Part shown: positions 59,523-64,000 of the stretch, one piece after another
Position numbering within the stretch: the first letter of the stretch is position 1
How the letters are laid out: the number at the start of each line of letters is the position of its first letter
Assembly (NCBI GenBank): GCA_002269645.1
Contig: NIVC01002603.1
Span: forward strand, 1 to 64,000
DNA length: 64,000 nt
Origin: Macrostomum lignano
Lineage: Eukaryota
Direction of reading: 5' to 3'
Notes under the pieces: generated by a model
What the model was told of the DNA's origin: nothing
Databases searched by the model: none
Seen by the model: only the letters and a program-made list of their open reading frames with translations
Translations under genes and position numbers: made by a program

Positions 59523-62500
59523 ATATCTATCTATCTATCTATCTATCTATGCAGACAGTCGATGTTATCTAATGTCATCTAATGTTCTCTAATTTTATTT
59601 AAAATCTTCTAATCTCATTCAATGTTTTCTAATGTCATCTAAGGTTCTCTAACATTTTAATGATTTCTAATGTCATCTACTGTTTTCTATTGTCATTTAG
59701 TGTCATCTAAATAAATCAAACGGTTCTGACCATCCCCGTATTACTTAAGAACTCTGCGCAGTCACGAGGAGTGGCAGCGGTTGAGCCGTTAGCGGTGTCA
59801 GGCAAGCATCTGCAAGGCGCGCAGGTTGTGACAGATCTGTGTTAGTTTTCCTGTACTCGGTTAGCAAGCTGTCAAGTTAGAGAGGCAGACAGAGTTATTT
59901 TAAGAGCAAAAATTAGCATTCAGGTGATAAATATTAGTTTTAGAATGGCAGTTTCTTTCTTTCTGCTCAGAGCGGACTGGGCGGGTACCTTGATAATCAA
60001 ACTTTTCGCACAAAGTTCCCGTGTAAAATGCTGGGCAGCTGAAAGTTTGGTAAAAATATTTTTAATGATGTTGAACTCTGAACATGCGTGCTATTCAATA
60101 CCTGCTTAGCTTATACCTGTTTGGTATCCTTGAAATTGATCTTTGGGATCTTTGCCTTGGATTGTTGGGATCTTTGCAATGGATTGTTGGGATCTTTGCC
60201 TTGGATTGTTGGGATCTTTGCCTTGGATTGTTTTTATCTTTGCATTGGATTGTTGGGATCTTTGCCTTGGATTGTTGGGATCTTTGCAATGGATTGTTGG
60301 GATCTTTGCCTTGGATTGTTTTTATCTTTGCCTTGGATTGTTGGGATCTTTGTTTTGGATTGTTGGGATCTTTGTTTTAGATTGTTGGGATCTTTTCAAT
60401 AGATTGTTGGGATTTTTGCCTTGGATTGTTGGGATCTTTTCCTTGGATTGTTGGGATCTTTGCCTTGGATTGTTGGGATCTTTGCCTTGGATTGTTGGGA
60501 TCTTTGCCTTGGATTGTTGGGATCTTTGCCTTGGATTGTTGGGATCTTTGCCTTGGATTGTTGGGATTTTTGCCTTGGATTGTTGGGATCTTTGCCTTGG
60601 ATTGTTGGGATCTTTGTTTTGGATTGTTGGGATCTTTTCCTTGGATTGTTGGGATCTTTGCCTTGGATTGTTGGGATCTTTGTTTTGGATTGTTGGGATC
60701 TTTTCAATAGATTGTTGGGATCTTTGCCTTGGATTGTTGGGATCTTTTCCTTGGATTGTTGGGATCTTTGCCTTGGATTGTTGGGATCTTTGCCTTGGAT
60801 TGTTGGGATCTTTGCCTTGGATTGTTGGGATCTTTGCCTTGGATTGTTGGGATCTTTGCCTTGGATTGTTGGGATCTTTGCCTTGGATTGTCACCTGTAC
60901 TTACATGCACACCTGCTTCTCGGTCAGTTGGTCCACAGTGCAGGTGCCGCCGTGCAGACACTTGGTGGAACTGTCACACACCAGTCTTCGGGTGGGCTCG
61001 CGCTGGACCGCGGGCTCGACTGCGGATGGTGTCGGAATGGCGGTGTGGGAATGGCGGTGTGGGAATGGCGGTGTGGGAATGGTGGTGTGGGAATGGGGGT
61101 TTGGGAATGGCAGTGTGGGAATGGCAGTGTGGGAATGGCATGATGTCGATTTGAGGACACTAGCTACGAAGGTGAGGAACAGCAACCCGGACTCACCCTT
61201 CAACACGATGCTGCTGGCGGCTGAGCCGTTCAGATTGCGGAACACGCAGGTGTAGTTGCCCGCCGAATCGCTGTAGTTTTTCAGCGTCAGGCGGGTCATC
61301 ACGGTGCCGGACCTGCGCGGTTGTGCGGTTCGATACGATGGACTGACAGCTCATGTAAACTTTTCTCGGCCTCCCCATCAAGATTCCAACATCCCGATCA
61401 AAATTCCAAAATCCCCATCAAAATTCCAACATCCCAGTCAAGATTCCAACATCCCAATTAAGATTCCAACATCCCAATCAAGATTTCAACATTCCAATCA
61501 AGATTCAAACATCCCAATCAAGATTCCAACATCCCAATCAAGATTCCAACATCCCAATAAAGATTCCAACATCCCAATTAAGATTTTAACATTCCAATCA
61601 AGATTCAAACATCCCAATCAAAATTCCAACATCCCAATCAAGATTCCAACATCCCAATAAAGATTCCAACATCCCAATTAAGATTTTAACATTCCAATCA
61701 AGATTCAAACATCCCAATCAAAATTCCAACATCCCAATCAAGATTCCAACATTCCAATCAAAATTCCAACATCCTAATTAAAATTCCAACATCCCAATCA
61801 AGATTCCAACATTCCAATCAAAATTCCAACATCCTAATTAAAATTCCAATATCCCAATCAAGATCCCAACATTCCAATAAAAATTCCAACATCCCCATTA
61901 AGATCCTAACATCCCAATCAAGATCCCAACATCTCCATCAAGATCCCAGCACCCTTATTACGATGGCCGTATCCTTAAAGATCTTAACATCCTCATAAAG
62001 CTTCTATCCTTATAAATTTTTGAGCACACGCTTTAGGTATATTAATGTGCTCAAACATCCAAGAAGCCCCGCCCAGTGGACTCACTTAGTCCGAAACTGA
62101 GCCACGCAGTCTTTCGTCTGCTGCACCTCGACTCCGTCCTTCAGCCAGTGCGGCCGCGGCATCGGCTGCCCCCGCGCTGAGCAGAGCAGCCTGCGGCGAC
62201 CGCCGGAGCCTCCGCGAAGACGAGCCTCCTGAGTGACTTCGGGCGCTTCGGCTGGAATGAAAAATCGAGAATTAAGTTGAGAGTCCAATGTTTGTCCAAT
62301 TTTGTGGGATTGGGATTTGTGTGGGATTTGTGTGGGGTTTGTGTTGGATTGGTGTGGAATTGGTGTGGGATTTGTGTGAGATTGGTGTGGGATTTGTGTG
62401 GGGATTTGTGTGGGATTTGTGTGGAATTGGTGTGGGATTTGTGAGTGATTTGTGTGGGATTGGTGTGGAATTGGTGTGGGATTTGTGTGGGATTTGTGTG

Positions 62501-63928
62501 GGATTTGTGTGGGATTTGTGTGGGATTGGTGTGGAATTGGTGTGGGATTTGTGAGTGATTTGTGTGGGATTGGTGTGGAATTGGTGTGGGATTTGTGTGG
62601 GATTTGTGTGGGATTGGTGTGGAATTGGTGTGGGATTTGTGAGTGATTTGTGTGAGATTGGTGTGGGATTTGTATGGGATTGGTGTGGGATTTGTGAGTG
62701 ATTTGTGTGGGATTGGTGTGGGATTTGTATGGGATTGGTGTGGGATTTGTATGGGATTGGTGTGAGATTTGTGTGGGATTTGTGAGTGATTTGTGTGGGA
62801 TTGGTGTGGGATTTGTATGGGATTGGTGTGGGATTTGTATGGGATTGGTGTGGGATTTGTGTGGGATTTGTGAGTGATTTGTGTGGGATTGGTGTGGGAT
62901 TTGATTGGGATTGGTGTGGGATTTGTGTGGGATTTGTGTGGGATTTGTGTGGGATTTAAATTAGTAGTGTTGTGGGTTTTAACAGTGGAGGTGTTGAAAT
63001 GGGAACGAAATGGTTTTCGTGTGGGAACAGTGTGGTAATGGTGTGTACGATGTGGTAATGGTGTGTACGGTGTGGTAATGGTGTGTACGGTGTGGTAATG
63101 GTGTGTACGGTGTGGTAATGGTGTGTACGGTGTGGTAATGGTGTGTACGGTGTGGTAATGGTGTGTACGGTGTGGTAATGGTGTGTACGGTGTGGTATGG
63201 TATGACAACTTTTGTAAGTCTAGATACAGTTTTTTTGCACTAAAATTAGCGGTAAATGTGGTCAATATGACGTTTTTAACGTAAGCGATATAAACATCAG
63301 TAAGCATATTGTTAATTCTGCATTAAACAATAACTCAACACGAGTCCATGGCAATAAATATTTCCCCCAAGCCTCGTAGAAGACGGGACAGTGCTAATGA
63401 GAAACATCTGGGGCCGATTTCATAAAAAAGCTAGCCATAAGCCGTAAGCTGCTGCTCGTTAAGCTGCAACTTTCAGCAGTTGTTAAAAGAAGCGTTTTAT
63501 AAACGATTGCTAAAAAGCCGTGCTAAAACACTATCATGTCCCTGCTGCCTCAACGGCTTTTACCATAGACATCAAGCTGTGGCTTGATAGCTATGCGTTT
63601 ATGAAACCCAGTCATGGAAAAGCAGTCAATCGGCCCCGGGCCGATTTCATAAAATACAGCTAACGGCTTTTTAGCTGCGGCTTTGACTGTCGAATTGCTG
63701 TCGAATTGTCTGATTGTGAGAATCAGTGGCAGTTAAAAGTAGGCAATATCAGTTTCTACATTAGTTAGAGAGCTTAGGCTAAATAACGTAGGAGCTTAGG
63801 AGTACATGCTGACTGCATCAACGATTTGCTTTGATCTTACCGCAGATTTTGTTATCTTCTATCACTACAGAGTCAGGCCGAGAGGCTGGCGGATGGAGCA
63901 GCCACCCTGCCAATGCGGATTGTGTGAC
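57119..63928 (-). CDS. Neuregulin/Vein-like EGFR ligand (Ig + EGF + TM + Q-rich cytoplasmic tail), 5' end outside the window
   Basis: Exons 63928-63841 (tentative), 62251-62086 and 61312-61197 (Ig: LLCSARGQPMPRPHWLKDG...GNYTCVF), 61019-60905 (EGF C1-C4), alternative 60038-59989 or 59809-59745, alternative 59067-58953 or 58739-58604, then 58395-58335 (basic stop-transfer) and 57643-57119. All phases are compatible. Confidence 0.85.
57710..58200. repeat. 72-bp minisatellite in the last intron of the neuregulin-like gene
   Basis: GGGGTAGAGAGGG at 57855, 57927, 57999... Confidence 0.92.
58604..58739 (-). CDS. Alternative stalk+TM exon b
   Basis: TTTCAG|AA...GT|GTAAGT, 136 nt, phase 1-2; GAAVYQSQAAVAAPISSAALGVVFVAVFAVLAIVLLSVCLMLYK. 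Confidence 0.85.
58953..59067 (-). CDS. Alternative stalk+TM exon a
   Basis: GACAG|CG...AG|GTTTGT, 115 nt, phase 1-2; YLSSRSVRQTDRLLTSVAIGTACCVIGALFLLAWYLAR. Confidence 0.75.
59231..59402 (-). repeat. ~170-bp dispersed repeat (inverted partner of 55495-55666), adjacent to (TCTA)n at 59410-59550
   Basis: Direct comparison. Confidence 0.92.
59745..59809 (-). CDS. Alternative EGF C5-C6 exon 2 (long loop)
   Basis: TTGCAG|A...A|GTAATA, 65 nt, phase 2-1; CLPDTANGSTAATPRDCAEFL. Confidence 0.65.
59989..60038 (-). CDS. Alternative EGF C5-C6 exon 1 (canonical)
   Basis: CTTTCAG|C...AAG|GTACCC, 50 nt, phase 2-1; CPAFYTGTLCEKFDYQ. Confidence 0.85.
60130..60890. repeat. 22-bp minisatellite (GGATTGTTGGGATCTTTGCCTT)n
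   Basis: Read directly. Confidence 0.97.
61030..61140. repeat. 14-bp repeat (CGGTGTGGGAATGG)n
   Basis: Read directly. Confidence 0.9.
61375..61950. repeat. 20-bp minisatellite (AAGATTCCAACATCCCAATC)n
   Basis: Read directly. Confidence 0.95.
62305..63200. repeat. GTGGGATT(T/G)-type repeat followed by (GTGTGGTAATGGTGTGTACG)n
   Basis: Read directly; intronic. Confidence 0.93.
63411..63610. mobile_element. Possible small MITE
   Basis: GGGCCGATTTCATAAA ... TTTATGAAACCC imperfect inverted ends; a second left end at ~63637. Confidence 0.4.
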
Positions 63929-64000
63929 CTGCAAACCGAACCCTGATCGCTACTAACTCTCTTAGTTACTAAATATTGAAGCCAGAGTTGATAGAGAATG

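Overview
This is repeat-rich eukaryotic (metazoan) DNA, not prokaryotic. It has GC-rich exons with GT-AG introns, interstitial (TTAGGG)n, and mini/microsatellites in most large introns; that style suggests a flatworm such as Macrostomum, which is inference only. Exon models were built by hand from splice sites and phase arithmetic. Layout: (1) 1-12.7 kb is a head-to-tail array of a DINE-1/HINE-like (Helentron-type) non-autonomous element. (2) 12.9-28.7 kb is a cluster of three signal peptide + PAN/Apple + fibrinogen-domain genes (one intact, one probable, one truncated). (3) 29.9-31.7 kb holds a head-to-head RING-HC pair, one copy decayed. (4) A 4-exon class A GPCR. (5) A 5-exon UAP1. (6) A strongly divergent ELF-like ETS factor. 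(7) 57-64 kb is a 5'-incomplete Ig+EGF+TM neuregulin-like gene. Two tRNA-derived SINE families and many satellites are interspersed. The best find is in the neuregulin-like gene. It has two frame-incompatible alternative exons for the C5-C6 half of the EGF domain (one canonical, one with a 15-residue loop) and two frame-incompatible alternative stalk+transmembrane exons. That predicts a 2x2 splice code of four ligand isoforms. Most long ORFs in the supplied track are translated satellites.
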